Positions 27,682 through 36,795 of a stretch of 64,000 bases of DNA are shown here, piece by piece. Position 1 is the first letter of the stretch, and each line of letters begins with the position of its first letter. The translations under genes were made by a program, and so were the position numbers. The notes under the pieces are model-generated. The model worked only from the letters and a program-made list of their open reading frames with translations, did no database searches and was not told the DNA's origin. This DNA comes from Longimicrobiales bacterium (GTDB lineage: Bacteria; Gemmatimonadota; Gemmatimonadetes; Longimicrobiales; Gaopeijiaceae): positions 2,208,001 through 2,272,000 of the forward strand of contig CBDBCF010000001.1 in assembly GCA_965202985.1 (NCBI GenBank). The letters run 5' to 3'.

Positions 27682-28245
27682 GCGCGGTGCGCTCCTTGGC
27701 GGCCTCGAGATCGTTTTTTGGCGAATCTCGTTGGGGGCTGGTCGGAGGGAAGCAAAGCGGAGCCGGTTGGCGTCGCCCGTCGTCCCTTCGGGTTTCGGGA
27801 AACGAACGATAGGGCCTGGAATCCGGTTTCGCAAGGAAGGTCCAGGAAGGTCCGGCGTTGGGTCCGATATCGTACAAGTACTTGTCAATAATGAAGTTAC
27901 AAAACATTACCCATTTCGGTAATCCACTTGTTTCCGAACCTTGGCTCGCTTGCGGTCAGCTCCGGTCCAGGTGGCCCAAGTCCATTGCTTGGATGGATGT
28001 TTTGCGGAAACTCGGATTGACCGAAATCGGTCGTGGCGAAAACATATTTTTACCATAAAATGGCAAGCGAAAAAGTCCGAAAAAGCGTCCCCGTCGCCCG
28101 CCAGAATCGTCGTCTGCGGAGCCGGGAACCCGCCTTCTGCTCCCCCGTGCGCCTCCACGGCACCCCCATCGTCGTTTTCCGCTGGGGCTCGCGCGCTCTC
28201 CGGGGGCGCTCGGTGCGCGCGTCTGGCGGGGGCGAAGGGGCCGGG

Positions 28246-29151
28246 TCAGTGCACCGACATGCCCAGCCCCGAAGGCGTCGGCACGTTCGGTTGCCGGCTT
28301 GCGGTCTCCGCTGGCCGAGCCAGTCGCCCCAGGGTCTCCCGTTCCCCGAAGGCAGTCACTAGGCCGTGCAGCGCCCGATAGCGCTCGGGCTCAAAGCGAG
28401 CCACCAAGTGGCCGAGTCCGTGTCGCATGCGGTGGAGACTCCGCCGGGCGTCCTGCAGGTCGACGGGCACGCCGAAGCGGATCCGGTAGACGGCGACGCC
28501 CCGACGGTTCCGCGCTAGGGACAAGGGGAGACCCGCGAACACCTCACGGAGCGCGCGCTCCAAGACGAGGCCGGCCCGGGCGCCGACGGCAAACACCAGG
28601 GCGTTGGCGTCGTAGTCCAAGCGCACGCGGGCGAGCTCGCCGGGCGCCATGGCGATGCGGACCGTGGCGCCCTCGTGAAGGTCCAGGTCCTTGCACAGGT
28701 CGCGGTAGCCGATCCGAAGGAGGGTGGGCCGGGTCAAGGGCGTAAACCCCTTCCGCTCCAGGATTCGGAGGGCCAGGTCGAAGCAGTAGCGTTCCAGCTT
28801 CCTGGCCGGCTCGGGATCGCCGGCGGCTTCCGGTCCTCCCGCCGGCTCGAACCCGGCCAAGCGTCGGATGTGCGCCAGCGTGGGCTCGTAGACCCAGTCC
28901 AGAACGACCAGCTCGGAACTCAGGTCCAGGAACTTGGTGTCCGCCGACCCCAGGTCGATGGCGCGCACGGACGAGGCGAAGCGTCCCTCCAGGACCACGG
29001 CGAGCCCGATGTCCCGCAGGCGTCCGCCGGGGCGGTCGAGTTCGTGCGCGTCCCGGTACTGCACCACCGCCCGCGTGAGAGGCAGTTCGCACAAGCCGGG
29101 CACATCGGACAAGGCCTCGGGGCGGGGCGGCGGTTGGCTGGTCGGGTGCAT
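28246..29151 (-). CDS. Hypothetical protein
   Basis: About 300-aa ORF with normal protein composition; no recognised motif; start uncertain. Confidence 0.6.
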   Translation of the reverse strand: MHPTSQPPPRPEALSDVPGLCELPLTRAVVQYRDAHELDRPGGRLRDIGLAVVLEGRFASSVRAIDLGSADTKFLDLSSELVVLDWVYEPTLAHIRRLAGFEPAGGPEAAGDPEPARKLERYCFDLALRILERKGFTPLTRPTLLRIGYRDLCKDLDLHEGATVRIAMAPGELARVRLDYDANALVFAVGARAGLVLERALREVFAGLPLSLARNRRGVAVYRIRFGVPVDLQDARRSLHRMRHGLGHLVARFEPERYRALHGLVTAFGERETLGRLARPAETASRQPNVPTPSGLGMSVH

Positions 29152-29250
29152 TCGGCGCGGACGCAACGGGAGGGGCAGCAAAAAGCGAGTCCCAACAATA
29201 GCCATTTGTTTACGGCCAGTCCACACGCCAGCGGCTGGTACCGGCGCCGG

Positions 29251-29279
29251 TTGACGCAGTTCCCCTGCTTTGACATCAT
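29251..29279 (+). promoter_or_regulatory. Candidate sigma70 promoter for tRNA-Asn
   Basis: TTGACG-N17-CATCAT, 18 nt upstream of the tRNA. Confidence 0.4.
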
Positions 29280-29296
29280 TATCGGCTGTTCCTCAT

Positions 29297-29369
29297 TCCC
29301 GCGTAGCTCAGCTGGTAGAGCAGACGGCTGTTAACCGTCGGGTCGCAGGTTCGAGTCCTGCCGCGGGAG
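29297..29369 (+). tRNA. tRNA-Asn (GTT), CCA not encoded
   Basis: Acceptor stem TCCCGCG/CGCGGGA, D-arm GCTC..GAGC, anticodon arm GACGG-CTGTTAA-CCGTC, T-arm GCAGG-TTCGAGT-CCTGC. Confidence 0.97.
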
Positions 29370-30494
29370 TTGCAGCGTGGTCGCCAGCTCGGCCACGAAC
29401 TCGTCCGCTTCGGCGACGGTGTTGTAGAAGTGGGGACTGGCCCGCACCACGCCGGGCCGATGGTCCACCACGATTCCCCTGGCTGCCAAGCGCCGCACCG
29501 CCTCTTCGGGAGACGGGTGCTGGACGGCCACGATCGCCGACGCGGCTTCCCTGTCGTCCGCCATGCGCAACGAGAACCCGGCGGCGCGGCATCCGTTCGC
29601 CAGCCGCTCGGCCAGCTCCCGGTTCCTAGCCCGGATCGCGCGGACTCCCACTTCGTCCACGATCTCCTGACCGCCCAAGGCGGTGTGGACGGTCGGCAGC
29701 GCCGGCGTTCCCATCTCGAAGCGGCGGGCGTCCTCGTGGTACCGAAACGCCGCCGGATCGAAGCGGAAGGGGTCGTCCACCGCGAACCAGCTGGTGATCC
29801 GGGGCGCCAAGCGGTCCACCAACTCGCGACGGACGTACAGGTAGGCCAAGCCCGGGCCGCCGCAAAGCCACTTGAGGGGGCCCGCCGTGTAGAAGTCCAC
29901 GCCCGTGGCGGGCAGGTCCACGGGCACTTGGCCGGCGCCCTGGTAGCCGTCCACGATGCACCACGCCCCCGCCTTCCGGGCGATTCGGGAGAGCGCGCCC
30001 AAGTCCTGGACGGCCCCGGTGGCGAAGAAGACGTGGCTTGTCGCGATGGCCAGCGTCCGCTCGTCCACGGCGTCTTCGAACTGCTGGAGGTCCACGCCGA
30101 CGCCGTCTGCACTCTCGAGGACCACGAGTTCCGCCTCGGGGCGCACCCTCCACTGGTAGAGGAGCGTCGGGAAGTCCAGCTCGGTGGCGACGATGCGGTT
30201 GCGCTTGGACCAGTCCAGGCTCTCGGCGACGACCGACAAGCAGGTGGACGTGGTCGGGAGCAGGGCCACGGAGCCCGCCGGAGCGGCGAACATCTTCTCC
30301 ACGCGCCGGCGCAGGTCGGCCAGAAGGGACCACCAGTGCTCGTACCACGCAGCCGCTCCTTGGTCGTGCCACCGGGTCGCGAACTCGTGGAGCCGGGCTT
30401 CGGCGCGTCGCGACAACGCCCCCAGGGAACACGAGTTCATGTAGTTGCGACGCCCCAAGATGGGGAACTCTTCGCGGATTCGGGCGAGGTCCAT
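29331..30494 (-). CDS. PLP-dependent aminotransferase class V (kynureninase/cysteine desulfurase-like)
   Basis: YMNSCSLG, SHVFF.TG, VDGYQGAG, LKWLCGGPG, RFEMGTP, RASPHFYN. Confidence 0.88.
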   Translation of the reverse strand: MDLARIREEFPILGRRNYMNSCSLGALSRRAEARLHEFATRWHDQGAAAWYEHWWSLLADLRRRVEKMFAAPAGSVALLPTTSTCLSVVAESLDWSKRNRIVATELDFPTLLYQWRVRPEAELVVLESADGVGVDLQQFEDAVDERTLAIATSHVFFATGAVQDLGALSRIARKAGAWCIVDGYQGAGQVPVDLPATGVDFYTAGPLKWLCGGPGLAYLYVRRELVDRLAPRITSWFAVDDPFRFDPAAFRYHEDARRFEMGTPALPTVHTALGGQEIVDEVGVRAIRARNRELAERLANGCRAAGFSLRMADDREAASAIVAVQHPSPEEAVRRLAARGIVVDHRPGVVRASPHFYNTVAEADEFVAELATTLQLPRQDSNLRPDG

Positions 30495-30672
30495 TGGGGG
30501 GATCCGGGAGTGGAAGGAGGCGCGGCAGGCGAAGCAAAGACCGGACCGGGCGGGCCGCGACACGGGACATGTCGAGTGACACGCCCTCGTCGGTCGGCTA
30601 ATCTACGAAGGGGACCCGCACCTGCGGCCCCTGGGAGGGCCGGGTTCGACGCCGAACAGGGAGCGACTACGG

Positions 30673-31845
30673 GTGACTTGGCAGACGGCGCTAGTCCTGT
30701 CCTTGGCGTGGTGGCTCGTGCCTCTCCTGGCGGCGCTTCGGGTTAGGCTCCCTCGTCCGCTGCCGCCGCCCGGCGCACGCGGAGACGGGGCGAACGGCGC
30801 CCGGCCGTTCGTTTCGGTCGTTGTGCCGGCGCGCAACGAGGCCAGGAACATCGAGCGCTGCGTTCGGTCGCTGGGCCAGTCCGACTACGACGACTTCGAG
30901 ATCGTCGTGGTGGACGACCAATCCAGCGACGGCACGGGGGAGTTGGCGCGCGGCGTCGGCCCCGGTCGCGCCCAATCGCTCCGCGTCGTCGAGGGCCAGC
31001 CGCTTCCGACCGGATGGACGGGCAAGCCGTGGGCGTGCCAGCAGGGCTTCCGCCAGGCGCGGGGCGACCTGCTGCTCTTCACCGACGCCGACACGTGGCA
31101 CGGACCCGAGCTGCTCGGGCGGGCTGTGGCGGGCCTGGAAGAAGACGACGCACACGTGCTCTCGGTGGTTGGTCGGCAGGAGATGGGCAGCTTCTGGGAA
31201 CGCGTGGCCCAGCCCTTCGTGCTCTTTCTGCTGGCTCAGATCTACGCGCATGCCCGGCGGCCCTTTCGGCGGAAGCGCTGGCGGTGGGCCATCGCCAACG
31301 GCCAGTTCCTGATGGTGCGCCGAGACGCGTACGAGGCCGCGGGCGGACACGAAGTAGTGAAGGACGAGGTGGTCGAGGACCTTCGCTACGCCCAAGCGAC
31401 GACCCGGGCCGGCCGCACGGTGAGCGTTCGATCCGCCCACGACTTCTCGGTTCGCATGTATCGGAGCCTGCAAGAGCTCGTGGCAGGTTGGTCAAAGTGC
31501 GTGGAAACGGGGTTCCGCGTGACGGTCGGGCGTGCCTGGGCGCCGTTCGGCGTAGCCGCCTGCGTTGCGTTCGTCGGGGCGCTCTGGACGGCGCCGCTGG
31601 GCGTCGTCGTGGTCGGGGCGGCGGCAGGACTCGGTCTTCCCGTGCTGGTCTGCGCCGGGTCGGCGTACTTGGCCGGCGTCTTCGTGTTCTCGCTGGTCGC
31701 GCGGTCCTTCGGGCTGTCCGCCGTGTTCGGACTTCTCCATCCGCTGGCGGCGATGGTGGCTTGCCGCATCATCCTTTCCGGCGCGGTCGGCGGCTCCAGG
31801 GTCCGTTGGAAGGACCGCGAGTACCGGGTTGCCAAGAAGGCCTGA
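30673..31845 (+). CDS. Membrane glycosyltransferase family 2 (CrtQ/HpnB-like)
   Basis: VSVVVPARNEA, VVDDQSSDGT, GWTGKPWAC, FTDADT, NGQF, VVEDL, RMY; C-terminal TM helices. Confidence 0.85.
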   Translation: MTWQTALVLSLAWWLVPLLAALRVRLPRPLPPPGARGDGANGARPFVSVVVPARNEARNIERCVRSLGQSDYDDFEIVVVDDQSSDGTGELARGVGPGRAQSLRVVEGQPLPTGWTGKPWACQQGFRQARGDLLLFTDADTWHGPELLGRAVAGLEEDDAHVLSVVGRQEMGSFWERVAQPFVLFLLAQIYAHARRPFRRKRWRWAIANGQFLMVRRDAYEAAGGHEVVKDEVVEDLRYAQATTRAGRTVSVRSAHDFSVRMYRSLQELVAGWSKCVETGFRVTVGRAWAPFGVAACVAFVGALWTAPLGVVVVGAAAGLGLPVLVCAGSAYLAGVFVFSLVARSFGLSAVFGLLHPLAAMVACRIILSGAVGGSRVRWKDREYRVAKKA

Positions 31846-31864
31846 AGCGGGGCGGGACTAGGCT

Positions 31865-33049
31865 GTGGTCGACTTGACGCGGGCCGTCGCCGAGGCTCGG
31901 GCGCTGGGGTTCGAGGCCGCCGGCGTGGTAACGCGAAGCCGAAGCGGGCACGCGACCCACTACCGGCAATGGCTTGACGCGGGCCGTCACGGGGGCATGG
32001 CCTACTTGGCTCGGGAGGACGCCGTGGAGCGGCGGTCCCGATTGGAGGCGCTGCTGCCCGGGTTCCGCAGCGCGATCGTGGCCGCGCACTCGTACGCGGA
32101 CGCGGACCCCGGTCCGCCCCGGGACGATCCCGCTACGGCCGTGGTCGCCCGCTACGCCCGAGGGCGAGATTATCACCGGGTCGTGACGGAGCGGTTGAAG
32201 GCTTTGGGCGAACGGCTGGAGGCGGTGGCCGGCAGGCCCGTGCGGCGCAAGGCCTACGTGGACACGGGACCCGTATTGGAGCGCGAACTGGGCATGCGCG
32301 CCGGGCTGGGCTGGTTCGGCAAGAACACCATGCTGATCGACCCCGGCCGCGGGTCCTACTTCTTCTTGGGCGTCCTCTTGACGGACCTGGAGTTCCCGGC
32401 GTCGCGACCGTTCGAGCGCGACCACTGCGGCACTTGCCGACGCTGCATCGACGCGTGTCCCACGGGCGCGCTGTTGGGACGCGACGATGCGGGCGCCCCG
32501 ATCATGGACGCGCGGCTGTGCATTTCGTACCTGACGATCGAGCACAAGGGGCCGATCCCCCGCACGCTTCGGCCCGCGATCGGCAACCGGGTCTTCGGAT
32601 GCGACATCTGCCAAGAGGCGTGTCCGTGGAACCTGAAGTTCGCGACCCCGGCCGCCGAACCGGCCTACGCGGCGTCCGCGGAGATGGACTCCCCTTCGCT
32701 GGCCGGCCTGGCCCGGCGGCTGCTGGCCATGTCGGGCAAGCGATTTCAGCGGGAGTTCGCCCAGTCTCCGGTGTCGCGGGCGGGTCGGAAGGGGCTGTTG
32801 CGGAACGTGTGCATCGCGCTGGGCAACTGGGGCCACGAGGACGCCGTATCGGTGCTGGACGAAGCCATGACGGACCCGTCGCCCCTGGTTCGAGCGCACG
32901 CCGCCTGGGCGCTGGGAAGGATCCGGTCCGCGCGGGCGCGCGCGACGCTTGCGGCTCGGCGACGGACGGAAGCGGACCCCGACGTCTTGGAAGAGGCGGC
33001 GCGCGCGCTCGCTTCGGGAGACCGGGGTGACGCTGCGGGCCGTGAGTAG
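31865..33049 (+). CDS. queG: Epoxyqueuosine reductase
   Basis: ARYARGRDYH, VDTGPVLER, GWFGKNT, CGTCRRCIDACPT, CISYLTIE, FGCDICQEACPWN, HEAT-like C-terminus. Confidence 0.93.
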   Translation: MVDLTRAVAEARALGFEAAGVVTRSRSGHATHYRQWLDAGRHGGMAYLAREDAVERRSRLEALLPGFRSAIVAAHSYADADPGPPRDDPATAVVARYARGRDYHRVVTERLKALGERLEAVAGRPVRRKAYVDTGPVLERELGMRAGLGWFGKNTMLIDPGRGSYFFLGVLLTDLEFPASRPFERDHCGTCRRCIDACPTGALLGRDDAGAPIMDARLCISYLTIEHKGPIPRTLRPAIGNRVFGCDICQEACPWNLKFATPAAEPAYAASAEMDSPSLAGLARRLLAMSGKRFQREFAQSPVSRAGRKGLLRNVCIALGNWGHEDAVSVLDEAMTDPSPLVRAHAAWALGRIRSARARATLAARRRTEADPDVLEEAARALASGDRGDAAGRE

Positions 33050-33122
33050 TCCCAAGGTTGGCACGTTTCTTGCTGACCTGTTGCCCCGATGTTCAAGCCC
33101 AAGTCCACAAAGGAGCGAAACC

Positions 33123-33893
33123 ATGATCACGACCAAGAGAGGTTCGATCTTTGCGGCGGCAGGCGTTGCCCTGGCCATGCTTGCCGCTCCGCCCGGCGGT
33201 CACGGGCAGGTCCGAGACCCCCAGACCCGATACCCGCAGGCCCGAGAAGACCTCGAATTCGGCCCGCCCAGGGGCGAGTTCTTCTTCCACGGCGACCTCA
33301 TGATGCCCGTCGGCGAGTTCGACAGCCGCATCGACCTGGGGGGAGGCGCCGGCATGGGCGGCGTCCTCTTCCTGGACGAGGGCGGCACCGTCGGGCTGCG
33401 CGTGAGCGGCGCCTTCGCCATCTACGGGGTGGAGACGATCGCGATCCCCATCCTGCCGCGCGTGACCGCCGATGTCCGGACCACCAACTACGTGGCCTCC
33501 GCCGGGGCCGGCCCCCAACTCTACGCGGGCAACGGAGCGGTGCGGCCCTACGTCTATGCGACCGTGGGCTTCGCCTACTTCGCCACCGAGAGCAGCCTTC
33601 GGGACGCCGACGACTGGGGGGCCGCGGACAGCTTCCTGTCCACCACCAACTTCGACGACTTCGGCTTGGCGCTAACCGGCGGCGGCGGCCTGTCGGTCAG
33701 GCTGTCGGGTCACGGCAGCAAGAATCCGGTTTCCCTAGACCTGTCCGCGACCTACCAGCACAATGGGCAAAACGAGTACCTGACCAAGGGCGACATCGAA
33801 GACCTGCCCGGCAATCAGTGGACCGTCAGCCCCAACCTGAGCGACACCAACTTCGTGATGTACCGAGCCGGGCTGTCCGTGGGGCTGCGGTAG
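33123..33893 (+). CDS. Putative outer-membrane beta-barrel protein
   Basis: Signal peptide, alternating beta strands (VRPYVYATVGFAYF; YRAGLSVGLR); RBS AAGGAG. Confidence 0.65.
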   Translation: MITTKRGSIFAAAGVALAMLAAPPGGHGQVRDPQTRYPQAREDLEFGPPRGEFFFHGDLMMPVGEFDSRIDLGGGAGMGGVLFLDEGGTVGLRVSGAFAIYGVETIAIPILPRVTADVRTTNYVASAGAGPQLYAGNGAVRPYVYATVGFAYFATESSLRDADDWGAADSFLSTTNFDDFGLALTGGGGLSVRLSGHGSKNPVSLDLSATYQHNGQNEYLTKGDIEDLPGNQWTVSPNLSDTNFVMYRAGLSVGLR

Positions 33894-33916
33894 GGCCTCG
33901 GAACCCTTCGGCAAGG

Positions 33917-33958
33917 AACTCCGCCGCCCGAGGCGCTGCGTCCCCGGGCGGCGGAGTT
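33917..33958. terminator. Stem-loop between convergent genes, probable terminator
   Basis: Perfect 14-bp inverted repeat AACTCCGCCGCCCG / CGGGCGGCGGAGTT. Confidence 0.7.
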
Positions 33959-33977
33959 TGGGTTGCGGCGGAAGGGG

Positions 33978-36056
33978 TCAGCCAGCCTCGGCGGCCAAGC
34001 GCCGGACGGCGTCCTCGAGCCGTTCCACCTTGGAGGCGTCGACGGAGCTCGCAGCGTCTTGGTCCAGCTCGGCGCCGAGAGCGTTCAGGGCGTCTCGCCG
34101 GGCGGCGCCGGAGGCGGCTTCGGCGGCCGCCAGCGCACCCCGCACGTCCGCCAAGCGCCGGGGGGCCAGTCCGCCGGAGCGGTCCAGCTGGTCGGCGTAC
34201 GCCCGTGCAAGCGCGAACGTGGCCGGCCACTCGAAGATCGGCTGGCCCTGCGAGTTCAGCTGGTCCAGCCGCACCGAGTTGGCCGCGTCGATCTCGTTCT
34301 GGGTCAGGACATCGCTGGGAACCAGCTCAAAGATGTCCAGCCCGCGCGCGATCTCCGAGTTCACGATCAGCCCGTTGTACCAGTAGACGGACCAGCTGCC
34401 GCCCGACCGCATCTGTTCAGGGTCCACCGGTCCCCGGTCGAAGTAGGCGATCTCGGTGGGGTTGGCCGGATCGGTCCAGTCGATCAGCGTGATGCCGCCC
34501 TGGTACCAGCCCTGGATCATGATGTCGCGCCCCGGAATCGGGATCAGCGAGCCGTTGTGGGCGACGCAGTTCTCCTGGCGCGTCTGCGGGGCCGGGATCT
34601 TGAAGTAGCTCTGGAAGTTCATGTCGCCGTCCTCGATCGTGAAGATGGCGTTGGCGCCCCACTCCGGCGGGTCGTCGGCCCGGCACTTCGGCGCTCCACC
34701 CCCCCCCCATTCGTCAGTGAAAAGGATGGCGGTTCCGTCGTTGTTGAAGGTGGCCGAGTGCCAGTAGGCGAAGTTGGAGTCCGACACCGCCGCCAAGCGC
34801 GTCGGGTTGACGGGGTCGCGGATGTCCAGGAGCAGGCCGTAGCCTCCGCAGGCCCCGCCGGCCAAACCGATGGCAGGGTAAACGGTGATGTCGTGGCACT
34901 GCGTGGGGCCGGTGCGCGGCGCGTCGGCCTGTGCCGCTGCCATGGCGTTCAATTGCTCGCGGGTGGCGGCACTGTCGGCGGCCGTGGGAGGCCCTTCCCC
35001 GCCCCGCGCCTGAACGTTTTGGGCAAGGAGTTGCTGCGCATATTGGTCGGGAACCACCATTAGTTGGCCGTCGTACTCGACGACGAAGGCACCTCGGGCG
35101 CGAGCCTCCTCGGCCAGGACGCGAGCTTCTTCCATGTCCGCCAGGTCGGCCACGGACGGGCCGTGGCGCGGCGGGGCCACCAAGTCGTGGAAGATCCGGG
35201 GCGAGCTGGCGATCGCCGCGCTGGCCGGGTCGTCCAGGGGCACGCGAATCACTTCAATCCGGAAGAGGGCCGAGTTCGGGTCCTCCTCGGGCGACAGGCC
35301 CGAGCAGCCCGCCAGCTCCTCGGCCGGCCTCACGCCCGACGAGCCGGACACGTAGATGTAGACGTTGTCGTCGTCGCCGGGATGCTTGAGCACGGTGTGC
35401 GTGTGCGAACCCCGACACGTCTGGACGTTGGCCACGTACTCCGGCGCGGCGATGTCCGAGATGTCGAAGATGCGGATGCCTCGCAGGCGGTGATGGCTCA
35501 CGGCTTCCTGGATGCCCTGGTCGCCGCAGTCGAGTCGTCCTCCCAAGCCTTCGCCCGAGACGAAGAGCAGGTTGCCGTAGACGGACACGTCGCTTTGTGA
35601 GGCGGGACACACGTAGGTGATCACCGATGCGGGACTGGACGGGTCCGAGATGTCCCAGACCTGGACGCCGTCGTAGTTCCCTTGAATGGCGTAGTTGCCG
35701 GTGAACGCCAAGTCCGAGTTGGTGCTGCCGACGAACGGCTCCTCGGGGGGAGTCGCCGAGATCAGCCGCAGGTTCCAGATCGCTTCGCCGGCGTCCATGA
35801 GCCCTGCGGACAGTCCCACCCGCGGGTCGGGAGACGGCGGATTGGCGGCTTCGGGAACAGGCATCATCGGCGGCGGCAGGATGTCGCTTGCGGCCATGCT
35901 GGGCTGGGCTGCGACCGGCGCCGCTTCGCTGGCCGGGCCTCCGTAGCCGGACGAGCAGCCGGCCAGAGCGAGGGCGAGGCTCAGGCACGAGAGGCCTGCG
36001 AGGATCGGGGAGCGGCGCGTCCGTCGAGGGAGCGTCGCGGTCGTCGAGAAGGTCAT
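33978..36056 (-). CDS. LVIVD-repeat lipoprotein
   Basis: LAGC lipobox; NSDLAF, QSDVSVYGNLLF, GIRIFDISD, CHDIT, HSATF, CVAHNG; paired with DUF305. Confidence 0.8.
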   Translation of the reverse strand: MTFSTTATLPRRTRRSPILAGLSCLSLALALAGCSSGYGGPASEAAPVAAQPSMAASDILPPPMMPVPEAANPPSPDPRVGLSAGLMDAGEAIWNLRLISATPPEEPFVGSTNSDLAFTGNYAIQGNYDGVQVWDISDPSSPASVITYVCPASQSDVSVYGNLLFVSGEGLGGRLDCGDQGIQEAVSHHRLRGIRIFDISDIAAPEYVANVQTCRGSHTHTVLKHPGDDDNVYIYVSGSSGVRPAEELAGCSGLSPEEDPNSALFRIEVIRVPLDDPASAAIASSPRIFHDLVAPPRHGPSVADLADMEEARVLAEEARARGAFVVEYDGQLMVVPDQYAQQLLAQNVQARGGEGPPTAADSAATREQLNAMAAAQADAPRTGPTQCHDITVYPAIGLAGGACGGYGLLLDIRDPVNPTRLAAVSDSNFAYWHSATFNNDGTAILFTDEWGGGGAPKCRADDPPEWGANAIFTIEDGDMNFQSYFKIPAPQTRQENCVAHNGSLIPIPGRDIMIQGWYQGGITLIDWTDPANPTEIAYFDRGPVDPEQMRSGGSWSVYWYNGLIVNSEIARGLDIFELVPSDVLTQNEIDAANSVRLDQLNSQGQPIFEWPATFALARAYADQLDRSGGLAPRRLADVRGALAAAEAASGAARRDALNALGAELDQDAASSVDASKVERLEDAVRRLAAEAG

Positions 36057-36079
36057 GTTCGGTTCCTGTGTGAGGTTGA

Positions 36080-36790
36080 CTAGGGTCGGGGCGGTGCTGG
36101 ATTGGATTCGAGGGCTTCGAGCATCAGCTCCATGCGGGCGATCTCGGAGCCTTGATCGGCCTGAATGTCGGAGGCCAGCTTGAAGACGAAGTCGCCTTGA
36201 GCGGCGCCGTCCACGGCGAAGAGCTCTTCCACCATAGTGACCGCGCCCTCGTGGTGCATGATCATGTACTTCAGGAAGAGTCGGTCGAAGTCGGGGCCTC
36301 GGGCTTGCCGAAGCTCGTCCAGCTGTTCGACCGTGAGCATCCCGGGCATGTGCATGGCGTGCTCTGGACCGTGGACCATGAAGCGGCCGCCGTCGGTGTG
36401 GACCTCCGGCACGGGCTGGCCTCGGTCGCGCAGCCATTCCTGCATGACCGCAATCTCGTCCTTCTGCGCGTTGATGATCCGGGCGCAAAGGACCTGAATC
36501 GTGGGACTGGCGTCGTTCTCTGGGGCGAACCCGGACATGACCAGCGCCTGTCCATGATGGCCGATCATCCCCGTCATGAAGTGAACGTCGGCCTCGTGGT
36601 AGTTCGCCAGCGCGGCTTCGGCCCGTGCCTGGTAGAGCGCTGCCAGCTCGGCGGCCCGGGCGGCGTCGGGGCGGGTGGGCCCGGCGGGGTCTTGGGGCAG
36701 CTCGCCACGGCTTCCGACGCCACTGGTAGCGCAAGCTTGGAGGACCAGAACGGCTGCTGCGAAGACGGATGGGAGAATGCGCGGTGACAT
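36080..36790 (-). CDS. DUF305 ferritin-like lipoprotein
   Basis: DVHFMTGMIGHHGQA, MPGML, FDRLFLKYMIMHHEGAVTM, QGSEIARM. Confidence 0.85.
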   Translation of the reverse strand: MSPRILPSVFAAAVLVLQACATSGVGSRGELPQDPAGPTRPDAARAAELAALYQARAEAALANYHEADVHFMTGMIGHHGQALVMSGFAPENDASPTIQVLCARIINAQKDEIAVMQEWLRDRGQPVPEVHTDGGRFMVHGPEHAMHMPGMLTVEQLDELRQARGPDFDRLFLKYMIMHHEGAVTMVEELFAVDGAAQGDFVFKLASDIQADQGSEIARMELMLEALESNPAPPRP

Positions 36791-36795
36791 GGTGG

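Noticed and set aside
27860..28085. oriC candidate (AT-rich, near gyrB/recF/ssb)
   Set aside because: No cluster of TTATCCACA-like DnaA boxes seen (one weak TAATCCACT) and no dnaA or dnaN in the window
29297..29369. tRNA-anchored prophage or genomic island
   Set aside because: No integrase and no duplicated tRNA 3' end found in the window
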